Shown here one piece after another: positions 18,278 to 28,404 of a stretch of DNA of 64,000 bases. The notes below the pieces were generated by a model that did not search any database, was not told the origin of the DNA, and was given only the letters and a program-made list of their open reading frames with translations. Both the position numbers and the translations under genes were made by a program. Every line of letters starts with the position of its first letter. The stretch's first letter is position 1. This DNA comes from Candidatus Moraniibacteriota bacterium (GTDB lineage Bacteria > Patescibacteriota > Minisyncoccia > Moranbacterales > UBA1568), in contig CP064994.1 of the NCBI GenBank assembly GCA_016699975.1, positions 711,828 to 775,827 on the forward strand, given 5' to 3'.

Positions 18278-19264
18278 TTACGGTAGCAAAAAGAGCGGAA
18301 AAATCAAGAAAAGCGCCGCCAGGACACCACACACATTTATATTCGGAGATACCGGCGAACCGCAAGGAATCCACTCAACGCTCCCACAAACACGCCCACA
18401 AAAAGAAGTCCCAAAAAGACCGAGGCCACATTCGAGAGAAAAGAGCCCATGAGCCCAGTTCCTTCCACGATGCTGCTTGTCATCGGGTTTGCGCGCTGAA
18501 AAGAAATATACGAATAGAGGAAAAAGAGAGACAATCGCAGCGATTCCTCCATAGAGGATGCCTTCGACAACCGAGGGAGTGCGAACATAGAGATTGGAGG
18601 CGCCGACGAGGCGCATGATTTCAAAATCCTCGTGGCGTGCGTGCATGGTAAGACGAATGGTATTGAACATAACGAGAAACGCAATCAACAGAAAAATCAC
18701 CCCAAGAATCGCTCCCTGCCGAACCGCTTCTTCGCGAATCGAAGCGAGTCGATTGATCACCGATTCGTTCTCGCGATAATTGATGCGAAAAATATCATCT
18801 TTAAACGAGGACGTTTCCAGTGCGCGATTGATGGTTTCGTAGTCGCTGGGCGAACTCGCCTTTATGGAAATTGAGGGGAGGGAGGGATTCCCTCCGATTT
18901 CCTCGAGGGCCTGTTCGATAATTTCTTTGTTTCCGGCAAGCTCGCTTCGTTTACGAAAGGTTTCGAGCGCTTCGTCTTCGGATGTGTAGACGGCCGTTTT
19001 CACTTCCCGATATTTCTCCAGCTCTTTTTTGATGGCGAGAATTTTTCCTTCGCTCGTCCCGGCTTCGAAAGAAACGGTGATATCCATTTTATTCTCGAGA
19101 TTTTTGAGAATCGAATTCGTTGCGATTGCTTGGACAGCCGCGAGACCAATCACAAAAAGCGCGAGCGAAGTCGTAAGAATAGCGGAAACCGAAAGCCATC
19201 CACTTCGCACAAAGCTTCTCTCCCCTTCTCGCACTGCCCGCATGAGTTTTATTCCCTTTGACAT
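18278..19264 (-). CDS. ftsX: cell division ABC transporter permease FtsX (apparent frameshift near the 3' end)
   Basis: N-terminal cytoplasmic region, TM1, a periplasmic domain, and an FtsX C-terminal block (ILGVIFLLIAFLVMFNTIRL...EIMRLVGAS). The final TM helix reads correctly only in another frame (ORF 18337..18684, ...FLGLLFVGVFVGALSGFLAV). Confidence 0.8.
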   Translation of the reverse strand: MSKGIKLMRAVREGERSFVRSGWLSVSAILTTSLALFVIGLAAVQAIATNSILKNLENKMDITVSFEAGTSEGKILAIKKELEKYREVKTAVYTSEDEALETFRKRSELAGNKEIIEQALEEIGGNPSLPSISIKASSPSDYETINRALETSSFKDDIFRINYRENESVINRLASIREEAVRQGAILGVIFLLIAFLVMFNTIRLTMHARHEDFEIMRLVGASNLYVRTPSVVEGILYGGIAAIVSLFPLFVYFFSARKPDDKQHRGRNWAHGLFSLECGLGLFGTSFCGRVCGSVEWIPCGSPVSPNINVCGVLAALFLIFPLFLLP

Positions 19265-19390
19265 AGTTCGGATTCAATTCCCGACAAAAACACGCTGGTT
19301 ACAAAAAGTTCTTTCAAGCTCGTCTCCCTGGTTTCTGCGGGAGAGAGGGCGATCACCCCTCCTCTCTTCTTTCATTCTCCACTTCTCATT

Positions 19391-20071
19391 CTATACGACG
19401 TACTTCCCTTCTCGCTCATCGCGAACCACCGTTCCATTTCCAATGGTCACTACTCGTCGCTTCAGTCCGTCAACAATCGATTTGTTGTGAGTCGCAACCA
19501 GCACCGTCGTCCCCATATTGTTTATTTCCGTAAGAAGACGGAAGATTTCTTGCGCCGAAAGAGGGTCGAGATTGCCCGCAGGCTCATCGGCAATAAGAAC
19601 AGAAGGACGGTGAATAAGCGCGCGCGCCAGTGAAACACGCTGTTGTTCGCCTCCGGAAAGCTGACGAGGATAGGTATTGGATTTTTCGGCAAGTCCGACG
19701 ATATCGAGAATCTGCGGCACCTCCTCATGAATTTCGGCCGTTGTTTTTCCGGCAATCTCAAGTGCGTAGGCGATATTCTCGAAAACAGTTCGCTGCGACA
19801 AGAGTTTGAAATCCTGAAAAACAGTTCCAAAATTTCGACGGTAGTACGGCAAGAGACGACGCTTGATGCTACTTATAGCTCGGTCACCAAAAAACACTTC
19901 TCCCGAGGTGGGAACCTCCTCCGCATAAATAAGCTTAAGAAGCGTGGACTTTCCGGCACCCGACGGACCAACAAACGACACAAATTCTCCCGGCTCGATA
20001 CGAAGATTCACATCTCGGAGCACCGAAATGTTTCCGGGATAAACCTTGGTCACGTTTTCAAAACGAATCAT
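19391..20071 (-). CDS. ftsE: cell division ATP-binding protein FtsE
   Basis: Walker A GPSGAGKST, signature LSGGEQQRVSLARAL and Walker B LIADEP. Sits upstream of ftsX. Confidence 0.9.
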   Translation of the reverse strand: MIRFENVTKVYPGNISVLRDVNLRIEPGEFVSFVGPSGAGKSTLLKLIYAEEVPTSGEVFFGDRAISSIKRRLLPYYRRNFGTVFQDFKLLSQRTVFENIAYALEIAGKTTAEIHEEVPQILDIVGLAEKSNTYPRQLSGGEQQRVSLARALIHRPSVLIADEPAGNLDPLSAQEIFRLLTEINNMGTTVLVATHNKSIVDGLKRRVVTIGNGTVVRDEREGKYVV

Positions 20072-20324
20072 AAGAGCAGAGCGTTTGAGATCAAACTATC
20101 ATCTCATCTCTCTTTCCGAGAGAAAACTCGGATTATTGTCACTCCCACCGAAGACACCCAAGAATCGCACTTTCCCATTTCAGTGTTTCAGCATTTCACT
20201 TGTAAGTGTTGCGGATTCTCTCCGAAACCTTTTTCTCTGATTTGGCTTCTTACTTCACATTCGGAAATCTTGGGAATTTTCCGCTTCGAAGAATGAAGGA
20301 GGTCCTTTCCCAACATTTCCAAAA

Positions 20325-21405
20325 TTATGTTGCCGAAACCATGAATTTCGAGTGATCCTTCTTCAGAAAACTTTCCATGAATTCGTCCAGTTTTCCATCA
20401 AGAACATCGGAGGCCTGCGGTGTTTCGTATTTGGTGCGATGATCTTTCACGAGCGTATATGGATGGAGCACATACGAACGAATTTGACTTCCGAACGCCG
20501 CACTCTTCTCGACCCCGCGTAATGAACGCTGCTCCGCCTCTTGTGCCTCCAATCTTTGCTGCTCGAGTTTGGCGCGCAGCATTGAAAGGGCGGTTTCTTT
20601 GTTCTGAAGTTGGGACCGCTCCGTTTGGCAACTCACGACGATACCGCTCGGAATATGTCGAATGCGCACTGCTGTTTCTGTCTTATTCACATTTTGTCCG
20701 CCCGCTCCCGACGAACGATAGGTATCCACTTCGATATCTTCGGACCGAATTTCCACGCCTTCCTTCGCAGAAAGTACCGGGAGCACTTCGACCGACGCGA
20801 ATGAAGTTTGTCGAAGGTGATCAGCATTAAAGGGTGAGAGTCGAACCAAACGATGCGTCCCCATCTCTCCAAAGAGATATCCGTACGCGTACTCGCCCGT
20901 TATTTCGATCGTTGCGCTTTTGATACCCGATTCGTTGCCGCGCAATTCTTCAAGGAGTCGCGACGAAAACTTCCGACGCTCTGCCCATCGCACATACATT
21001 CGCACGAGCATCTCCGCCCAATCCTGAGCATCGACACCACCAGCTCCACTCTTTACCGAAAGAAGAGCACTATGACGATCATACGGCCCATCGAAGTTCG
21101 TCCGAAATTCCAACGCCTCGATCTCCGAAGCAATATCCGCAAACTCCCGTTCAAGTTCGACAGCCTCTTCTTTTTCCACTTCAAGACTCGAGAGCTCTCG
21201 AATATCAGAAAGCTCCTTTTCCAACCGGTCGAAGAGCGCAACTTCAGACTGGAGAGACTCTCGCTCCTTGAGAATATGCGACGCCTCTGTGCTCTTACTC
21301 CAAAATTCCTCTTGTTGCGATTCGCGATCAAGTTCTGTGACGCGCGATCTTTTGTGTGCGACGTCAAAGAGAGTCCCGCAAGTGCAGGAGTTTTCGAGTC
21401 ATCAT
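20325..21405 (-). CDS. prfB: peptide chain release factor 2, with a programmed +1 ribosomal frameshift
   Basis: GGQ motif ([21 protein letters not shown]) and an RF2-type body. ORF1 is ATG ATG ACT CGA AAA CTC CTG CAC TTG CGG GAC TCT CTT TGA C, ending in the canonical CUU UGA C shift site (reverse complement of 21363-21369). The +1 frame continues as [58 protein letters not shown]... and joins the 299-aa ORF. Confidence 0.9.
21363..21369 (-). promoter_or_regulatory. prfB: RF2 autoregulatory +1 frameshift site (CUU UGA C)
   Basis: The heptanucleotide CTTTGAC sits 13 codons into prfB ORF1 with an upstream GGGA SD-like element. The downstream +1 frame encodes the conserved RF2 N-terminal domain. 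Confidence 0.85.
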
Positions 21406-21514
21406 TTCGGCTCGCGTCCGAATATCATCCATAGCAAAATGATATCATATTTTTCTCCTCAATTCCAATCGAGAGAAAAGAAGAAAAAAATTCTCCCAGA
21501 AAGGAGAATGTGTG

Positions 21515-21587
21515 AGCCACCTTGCGGGATCGAACCGCAGACCTGCGCGTTACGAGTGCGCCGCTCTACCAACTGAGCTAAGGTGGC
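21515..21587 (-). tRNA. tRNA-Thr (anticodon CGT)
   Basis: The reverse complement reads GCCACCTTAGCTCAGTTGGTAGAGCGGCGCACTCGTAACGCGCAGGTCTGCGGTTCGATCCCGCAAGGTGGCT. Cloverleaf with D-arm GCTC/GAGC, anticodon loop CTCGTAA and T-arm TGCGG-TTCGATC-CCGCA. One A31-C39 mismatch in the anticodon stem. Confidence 0.8.
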
Positions 21588-21729
21588 CGTCAAGACGAAA
21601 GATACAAAAAAGTGTACGGGAAGTGCTCCCAAAAATCAAGAGCGCATTTTTATGATGAAACCATCTTTCGAAAAAGGGTTTCATGCTTCTCTGATTCTTC
21701 CCCCCTCTCTATTCTTTCAGAAAAAAGAC

Positions 21730-21759
21730 GAGTCGCCTATTTATTGAAATAGACGACTC
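21730..21759 (-). terminator. rho-independent terminator for the surface-protein operon
   Basis: Imperfect 13-bp stem gagtcgcctattt / aaatagacgactc with an attga loop. On the minus strand it is followed by a TTTTTT run (reverse complement of aaaaaagac at 21721-21729), 35 bp after the stop of the 21795..22442 gene. Confidence 0.45.
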
Positions 21760-21794
21760 CGCTCTCCTGTTCCTGTAAATTTTATTTTACTTCA

Positions 21795-22442
21795 TTACCA
21801 CTTTACCTCGTTTGAAAAAGGGCCTGCTAAGCCTAACTCAGCAATATATGCCTTGACCGCAAAGAAGTAGAACACGCCCCAAGGAACAGAGACGCTTGTT
21901 GTTGTCATACTCCCAACGTCTTGGAAGTTACTATACACTCCCGACGCAGTTCCCCAAAAGATCTGGTACTGAAGCTGATAAGGAAGAGTAGTGTGAGCCG
22001 GATCCCATATAAACACTATAGTCTTCATCGGGCTTATCGACACTTTTGCCACATTCGACAAGACGGATGACGCACCTGCGACATCCTGCGTTTTGAGGGC
22101 GCATTGGTAACTCATTCCCGGAGAAACATCAGTCCAGACAAAACTTTGTCGAGTACCGGGAACGCCTGGCTGAGGGACATTCGAGAGTACTTGCAAAGCA
22201 CTCGAGTCCCAGCTGCGAGTACTGATAACAACTGTGGGAGAGCACTTTATAATGTACTCCCTGAGGGCAATGGTGGACGCTGGCACGATCCATGTGAGAC
22301 GGATTTCCGGGTTCTCACTTCCGCTTGTTATGGTGAGCATGAGATCTGTCACCCCCGCAGGAGCAGCATATGCCTCATATGCTTCAAGAGAAGCGAGAGT
22401 TGCCAAACAGAAAAAAATAGTAAAGAACTTGTTGCCTTTCAC
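21795..22442 (-). CDS. secreted protein with a signal peptide (probable Fn3-like beta-sandwich repeats)
   Basis: N-terminal signal peptide MKGNKFFTIFFCLATLASLEAYEAYA, followed by a Thr/Ser/Val-rich beta-strand composition. Downstream of the BNR-like gene in the same operon. Confidence 0.5.
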   Translation of the reverse strand: MKGNKFFTIFFCLATLASLEAYEAYAAPAGVTDLMLTITSGSENPEIRLTWIVPASTIALREYIIKCSPTVVISTRSWDSSALQVLSNVPQPGVPGTRQSFVWTDVSPGMSYQCALKTQDVAGASSVLSNVAKVSISPMKTIVFIWDPAHTTLPYQLQYQIFWGTASGVYSNFQDVGSMTTTSVSVPWGVFYFFAVKAYIAELGLAGPFSNEVKW

Positions 22443-22525
22443 TTTTTACCCTCCTCAGAAATGTCAAAAAACAACAAAGAGCCCTCTGGCTCTTTGAGAC
22501 TTTAGCACAGGATTTTTTCTTTGAA

Positions 22526-22974
22526 AACCCCCTACCTCCCCGCTCCCTGCACCTGCCACAAGAAGGAGGAACAGGAAGTATCCCGACACCCACACTTCCA
22601 GGCACCGTTTTGTACAGAGCAGGTCATCCCGACAAAGGTAACGGGTGTCTGTGCACTCGTTGTATCAATATTCGCATGAGTCACTGTTGCTGTGACAGGT
22701 CCCTGGCACCAGTTTCCATTCTGTGTCCCACTACAAGCCCCGGTGTACTCAACCCAGCTACTGGTTCCAGGATTGTACCAATACCCCTTTGTGTACGAGA
22801 CTCGTGTTTGATTTCAGGAATCCCTATCGTTGCCTTCAGGGGTATGGATGTCACTTGCAGTACACTCTGCGGCAACAAGAGGCGTATTTGAAAGAAAGAG
22901 GTCAAAGGGACTGCCATAGCCTCCGGGGAGAGAAGAAGAAGGAGTGAGGGTAGAGCAGGGGGAGAAGGTGGGGG
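22526..22974. repeat. inverted repeat copy A (about 450 bp, near-identical to the reverse complement of 41460..41906)
   Basis: The reverse complement of 41460-41906 matches base for base apart from two homopolymer-length differences and a few substitutions. It encodes the shared C-terminal Cys/Trp-rich domain. Confidence 0.85.
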
Positions 22975-24760
22975 AATTCGAAAGCGTCGTTGCAGAGACG
23001 ATGTTACTCCAGATGGAATTGTTTCCGGAATCGTCGATTGCTTGCACACGATAGAAGTATTGCGTTGATGGAGAAAGGAGTGTATCAGAAAAAGATGTTT
23101 CGGTAGTAAATTGAACCGTTGACGGTGAAGTGCACGATACATCCAAACAGCGATCTACTTGATAGGTAGCAATACCAATATTGTCGGTCGATGCGACCCA
23201 CGAGAGATCTATTCGGGAATCGGAAACCGCAAGAGCAGACAATGTTCCTGGAGAAGTTGGAAGTTCATTCTCTATGAGGAATGTTTTCCCTTCCCACGGA
23301 TCCGAAACAACAACATTCCCGGCGGGATCCTGTGCCGAAGAAAAAGAAACAGACACCACCCCTTCTTGTGAACCTGCCGTATAGACATACGAATAATGAC
23401 TTTCATCGACCTTGGTCATATCCGCCTCGACCAGCGTTGCCGCACCCGAAAAAGAAATTTTTGGTGTTGGTATATCGCTCACTGGTTCCCCAAAAGAGGC
23501 AACAAGAGTTATCGAGCCTCCTGATTTAATGGAGGCCTTCTGTGGCGAATACGCAACACCGGCGCGTGGGGAATCGATATCGATAAATGGATCCGAGAGT
23601 ATCAGCCGATAGACCCCCGTTTGACTGAAAGCATAGACCACATTCGAAGTTCCGGGATTCGTTACGACACTCTCGAGAGTAACGTCCGAAAGATTCTTGT
23701 TGAGAGGAAACCACGCATTACTTGCCTCATCTTTCATTCGATAGATCCCCTTCCCAGATACTGCCGCGTACGCAATATTCGCTTCAGAGTAGTCACTTGC
23801 TACTGATCGGACGGGAAGTGCTCCAAATCCTCTATTGTGCTCGCTCCATACCTGTCCCAGTTCGTTACTTTTTTGTACCCCGGTCATCGTGGAAAGCCAC
23901 ATATTTGCACCACGCGCATGAAGAAGAGAAATATCATTCAGCGACAAAGGAGACGGGAGAGAAACCAAGGACCAGGATTCATCGGTTCCCGAAACAGAAA
24001 AAAGCGGGCTTGAAAACAACTTGTTCGACGCCGTCACAGCGTAGAGCTTTCCATTGACAAAGTCACTACTCAGTTTCAGCACGGACTCTCCTTCCATGCC
24101 AGCATTCTTGAGAGACCAACTGTCTCCACCATTATCGCTTCGAAACACTCCGGCTCCCGTAGCGACATAGAGCTGAACAAAACTCGATTGATCCAGCTCT
24201 ATATCTTTTATGGAGGTGTCGGTGAGCCCAACGTTCGAAATCGTCCATGAATTCCCGCCGAGTGTTCCGCGAAAGAAACCGTTTTGCGTTCCGATAAAAA
24301 CCGGGGAGGCCGCATTTGCTTCATAGAGAAACGAGGAAGTGTTGTAGGTCCAACCAATAGCGAGTGCGGTTATGTTCAGGTTCGTGAGACCCGTATTGAC
24401 GGGGAGAAATACGCTTCCGCGATCCGCACTTCGGTACAATCCCTGGTTCGTTCCCACATAGACGAAATCGTTCATCGAAATGACCGATTGAAATACGTAC
24501 CCGGAAGTGCCCGAGGGTGTAATGGTTTCCCAAGCATCACTCGCATGAACGGAAGCGGTGTGAAAGAAAGAAAAATAGAAAAGGAGTGCAAAAAAAATTC
24601 CGCTAACACGAGCTGCTCGTCGCGAGAGAGTACTCATATTTGTTTGAAAGAAATTTACGAGGCGCTTTTCTTTTTTTTGATTCTCTGTCGAGAGAGCCGG
24701 GATTTGAATGACTCGAAAGTAAGGAATACGAACGACAGAAGCTTTGTTTTTCCTCCACAC
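22814..24760 (-). CDS. large secreted BNR/beta-propeller-repeat protein; the true 3' end probably extends to about 22530 through two homopolymer indels
   Basis: Signal peptide (GIFFALLFYFSFFHTASVHA) and repeated SxDxGxTW-like propeller motifs (YRSADRGSVF, FRSDNGGDSW, SNELGQVW). Fn3-like segment. The final 40 aa (PTFSPCSTLTPSSSLPGGYGSPFDLFLSNTPLVAAECT...) begin a domain whose DNA homology with gene 40358..41902 continues about 290 bp past the annotated stop. Confidence 0.6.
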   Translation of the reverse strand: MWRKNKASVVRIPYFRVIQIPALSTENQKKEKRLVNFFQTNMSTLSRRAARVSGIFFALLFYFSFFHTASVHASDAWETITPSGTSGYVFQSVISMNDFVYVGTNQGLYRSADRGSVFLPVNTGLTNLNITALAIGWTYNTSSFLYEANAASPVFIGTQNGFFRGTLGGNSWTISNVGLTDTSIKDIELDQSSFVQLYVATGAGVFRSDNGGDSWSLKNAGMEGESVLKLSSDFVNGKLYAVTASNKLFSSPLFSVSGTDESWSLVSLPSPLSLNDISLLHARGANMWLSTMTGVQKSNELGQVWSEHNRGFGALPVRSVASDYSEANIAYAAVSGKGIYRMKDEASNAWFPLNKNLSDVTLESVVTNPGTSNVVYAFSQTGVYRLILSDPFIDIDSPRAGVAYSPQKASIKSGGSITLVASFGEPVSDIPTPKISFSGAATLVEADMTKVDESHYSYVYTAGSQEGVVSVSFSSAQDPAGNVVVSDPWEGKTFLIENELPTSPGTLSALAVSDSRIDLSWVASTDNIGIATYQVDRCLDVSCTSPSTVQFTTETSFSDTLLSPSTQYFYRVQAIDDSGNNSIWSNIVSATTLSNSPTFSPCSTLTPSSSLPGGYGSPFDLFLSNTPLVAAECTASDIHTPEGNDRDS

Positions 24761-24942
24761 ACCAAGTTCCCAAATAAAGAAGGAAGAAAATTTCGGAAAC
24801 TCTTTTCAGAACTCGGCAGCAGTTTCCTTACTATCTCCCGAGAATTCGGCACTGTTTTGTAAAGGAGAGAGTACAAAGATCATTGTAGAGAATTCTCTTC
24901 GAAACATCAAATAAAAAGTCATTCAATAAATTAAAATTACTT

Positions 24943-27579
24943 CTATTTTCCATGACATCGTTTATATTTTTTCCCACTCCCACAAGGACACGGGTCATTG
25001 CGCCCCACTTTGGAGGTCGAAGCAATTGGTTTTTGGAGACGCTTCGAATTTTCGGAATCACTATCGGAAAACGAGACTGTTTCTTCGGCCCCTCGATACT
25101 CAGCATTTTCGGGAAGCGGCACTTCCGAAGCGGCCGGCAAGGCCTTCACTCGAAACACGGTCGAGAGGTACGTCGTCCGAATACTTTCGAGAAGAACGAC
25201 AAACATAGTAAAGGCTTCCCGTTTGTATTCGACGAGCGGATCGCGCTGTCCGTATCCGCGCAGCCCTATTCCCTGGCGAAGATATTCGATTTCATCGAGA
25301 TGATTCATCCACAGAGCATCGAGCGTCCGAAGAAAGAGTGCTCGCTGAATCGCTTCCCACGCTTCTTTGCCAATCTCTGCCTCCTTTTTTCCATATTCTA
25401 CTTTTCCCTCTCCTGATAGAAATTCGAGCGCCGAACTGACTTTCATGGGCTGATCTTTCGATATGTCTTGAATCGTTTTATGAAGGAGAGCGAGCGATTT
25501 TTCACGATGAAGCGGAAAGAGCGATTCTGTCTCCCGCACAATACCGTCCGCATTCCATTCTCCTGACTCCGAAACCGCATGCCCCGAAAGAATTTTCTCA
25601 AGCTCCTCACTCAAGAGGCGCATCGTTTCACTTCTCATGTCGCGCGTTTTGAGTACGCTTCGGCGACGCCTATAGATCACCTCGCGCTGTTTGTTCATGA
25701 CATCGTCGTAGTCGAGAACGTGCTTTCGAATATCAAAATTGAATCCTTCGATCTTGTTTTGCGCACTCTCGATCGTACGAGAAATGAGTCGATTCTCGAT
25801 AGGTTCATCTTCCGGCAGACGCAGCGTCGTCATCATGCTCTTCAAACGATCCCCGCCGAACCGTCGCATGAGCTCATCTTCGAGCGACACAAAAAATTGT
25901 GAATTCCCCGGATCTCCTTGGCGACCCGCCCGTCCGCGAAGCTGATTGTCGATGCGTCTCGCTTCATGCCGTTCGGTCCCAAGAATGAAGAGTCCGCCAC
26001 GCTCGCGAACGCCTTCACCGAGCTTGATATCGGTCCCGCGACCCGCCATGTTGGTCGCAATGGTCACCGCACCCTTTTCCCCCGCTCGCGCCACAATCGC
26101 CGCTTCACGCTCGTGATTTTTGGCGTTCAACACTTCGTGAGGAACTCCGAGCTTCCCGAGAAGCCCACTCACATATTCGGACTTTTCGATCGCGATCGTT
26201 CCAACCAAAACGGGTTGGCCCGTTTCATGAAGGCCACGGATACGATTTACGATGGCACGAAATTTTTCTTCTTCGGTTTTGTAAATGACATCCGGAAGAT
26301 CCTTCCGGATCATCGAACGATTGGTAGGGATTTCAATTGAATCAAGCTCGTACACCTTCCGAAATTCTTCCGCCGAAGTCATCGCGGTTCCCGTCATGCC
26401 GGAAAGTTTTTCGTAGAGACGAAAGTAATTTTGAAAGGTGATCGTGGCGAGCGTTCGCGATTCTTTTTGCACCGCGACGTTTTCTTTGGCTTCGATCGCC
26501 TGGTGCAGTCCGTCACTGTAACGCCGCCCCACCATGAGGCGCCCGGTAAAGTCATCTACGATAATGACTTCGCCGTCTTTCACGACATAATCGCGATCGC
26601 GCTGAAAAATCACTTCCGCCTTGAGCGATTGTTCGAGGTGATGCACATACTGGACCCGCCCCGATTCGTAAATATTCCCAATGCCGAGCGCCGATTCGAC
26701 CTTGGCAATTCCCGCTTCCGAAAGAGAAACCGATTTCATTTTTTCGTCGACCGTGTAGTCATCCCCGCGCTTCAGCCCCGGCACGATACGCGCAAACTGT
26801 CGGTAGAGTTTCGTCGACTCCGCGTCGGGCGCCGAGATAATGAGCGGGGTCCGCGCCTCATCGATCAAGATCGAGTCGACTTCATCGACAATCGCGAAAA
26901 AAAGATCGCGTTGCACCATTTCTTCTTCACTGCGCACCATGTTGTCACGAAGATAATCGAATCCGAACTCGTTATTTGTCCCGTACGTAATGTCCGCCGC
27001 ATAGGCCTCCCGTCGAGAAACAGGGATCAGATTCTGAGGTTCCACACTTACTTCGTTGTGGTCGATGACGGTTGGTTCGTAGCGATACGAAATACCCTGC
27101 TGCAAGATGCACGCCGTCGAAAGTCCGAGCGCGCTATAGACCGAACCCATCCAGTTGGCATCGCGTTTCGCAAGGTAGTCGTTTACAGTAACAACATGAA
27201 CTCCTTTCCCCGCAAGCGCATTCAGGTAAATCGCCAAGGTCGACGTGAGCGTCTTTCCCTCGCCCGTTTTCATTTCGGCGATTTTCCCTTGGTGAAGTGC
27301 GATACCGCCCATCAACTGAACATCATAATGCCGCTCTCCAATCACCCGTTTCGCCGCTTCGCGAACGACAGCAAACGCTTCAGGAAGAAGCATCTCCAGG
27401 GTCGCGCCTTTTGAAATTCTTTCTCGAAATTCTTCAGTTTTTGCGCGCAGCGCTTCATCCGAGAGTGCGCTGATTTTCCCGTCGAGACGATTTATTTTTT
27501 CCACTACTGGACGAAATTTTGCAATCACGCGATCGTTGGAACCGAAGAGTCGGCTAAAGAAGCTCATAAAATACACCAT
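24943..27579 (-). CDS. secA: preprotein translocase ATPase SecA
   Basis: 878 aa with DEAD-like motor motifs, a preprotein cross-linking domain, and a C-terminal zinc-binding tail ([14 protein letters not shown]). Confidence 0.95.
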   Translation of the reverse strand: MVYFMSFFSRLFGSNDRVIAKFRPVVEKINRLDGKISALSDEALRAKTEEFRERISKGATLEMLLPEAFAVVREAAKRVIGERHYDVQLMGGIALHQGKIAEMKTGEGKTLTSTLAIYLNALAGKGVHVVTVNDYLAKRDANWMGSVYSALGLSTACILQQGISYRYEPTVIDHNEVSVEPQNLIPVSRREAYAADITYGTNNEFGFDYLRDNMVRSEEEMVQRDLFFAIVDEVDSILIDEARTPLIISAPDAESTKLYRQFARIVPGLKRGDDYTVDEKMKSVSLSEAGIAKVESALGIGNIYESGRVQYVHHLEQSLKAEVIFQRDRDYVVKDGEVIIVDDFTGRLMVGRRYSDGLHQAIEAKENVAVQKESRTLATITFQNYFRLYEKLSGMTGTAMTSAEEFRKVYELDSIEIPTNRSMIRKDLPDVIYKTEEEKFRAIVNRIRGLHETGQPVLVGTIAIEKSEYVSGLLGKLGVPHEVLNAKNHEREAAIVARAGEKGAVTIATNMAGRGTDIKLGEGVRERGGLFILGTERHEARRIDNQLRGRAGRQGDPGNSQFFVSLEDELMRRFGGDRLKSMMTTLRLPEDEPIENRLISRTIESAQNKIEGFNFDIRKHVLDYDDVMNKQREVIYRRRRSVLKTRDMRSETMRLLSEELEKILSGHAVSESGEWNADGIVRETESLFPLHREKSLALLHKTIQDISKDQPMKVSSALEFLSGEGKVEYGKKEAEIGKEAWEAIQRALFLRTLDALWMNHLDEIEYLRQGIGLRGYGQRDPLVEYKREAFTMFVVLLESIRTTYLSTVFRVKALPAASEVPLPENAEYRGAEETVSFSDSDSENSKRLQKPIASTSKVGRNDPCPCGSGKKYKRCHGK

Positions 27580-27772
27580 TCAAAATCAAAACGCATTCAA
27601 ATACCATTCAAATACTTGGGAACTGCTGCAAAAAGACTGGGAAGCAAAATGGCGTCGGTTTTCCAGGCCCTCCCCTCTCACAAACGCCGAAACTCTTCCT
27701 CAGTGTACGGAGAAACTGAGATGAAGTCAAAGCACGATTTTCGAAGTCGAACATGGAAAACGCAACAAAAAT

Positions 27773-28126
27773 TCAGAGTCGCGCTTCTCCGGCTATGGTC
27801 AATCGCTTTTTGATACTCCTGCCGCCACGGCGGAGTAAGTCGTTTCGTTTCTCTTTGTGTTCGACAATTTGCCGCTCAATATCGTCGATTGCCGCATCAA
27901 TGGAACCCTCAACACTCTCGGTCATTTCTTCGGATCGGAAGAGAAGCTTTCGCGGCAACACAACCATCACCTCCACACGAAATTGATTCTTTTTGTTTCG
28001 GTCGACTTCGACTTCGATCGAGTCGGCAGGGGTCAGAAGCTTCTTAATGCGAAGAAGACGCTTCGACACATACGCCATTTGCTTTCCGTCGAGTTCGACT
28101 CCCTGAAAGAGAAATCGCGTTTTCAT
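27773..28126 (-). CDS. hpf: ribosome hibernation promoting factor / RaiA (short form)
   Basis: 117 aa. The beta-alpha-beta-beta-beta-alpha pattern and conserved basic residues match the S30AE / YfiA family. Confidence 0.75.
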   Translation of the reverse strand: MKTRFLFQGVELDGKQMAYVSKRLLRIKKLLTPADSIEVEVDRNKKNQFRVEVMVVLPRKLLFRSEEMTESVEGSIDAAIDDIERQIVEHKEKRNDLLRRGGRSIKKRLTIAGEARL

Positions 28127-28404
28127 ATCGTTGCAGAAAAAAATTATATGTCTGGTATAGAAAACACGGCTCCAATGCTTTCAAAATTATTGACTCACAT
28201 TCGCAGAAGTTCGTTTCAAAAATGCTCCACCCTCTTCCCTTTCAAATATCATGTGAGGAAACCCCCCACAAAGAGGAGGAGCATGAAAGTGAGTTTGAAG
28301 GAAACACTTTCGATTGCCAAAAGAGGAGACACGGTACTCTGGTGCAAATCTTTTGAAGTATATTCTTCTCTTCTCAACAAGTGATCTGCTTTTTTTCAAA
28401 ACTT

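Noticed and set aside
21515-21587. A31-C39 mismatch in the tRNA-Thr anticodon stem as a sign of a pseudo-tRNA
   Set aside because: All other cloverleaf features are canonical: acceptor, D-arm, T-arm, U33 and A37. A single mismatch at the loop-closing pair is tolerated, and given the error profile of this contig it may be a read error.
22610-22947. Small plus-strand ORFs (22610..22891, 22723..22947), and their near-identical twins on the minus strand at 41487..41711 and 41576..41824
   Set aside because: They lie antisense to the shared C-terminal domain inside the inverted repeat. Their duplication only reflects the repeat, not coding potential.
26431-27414. 327-aa plus-strand ORF, and 24952..25416 plus strand
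   Set aside because: Antisense to secA.
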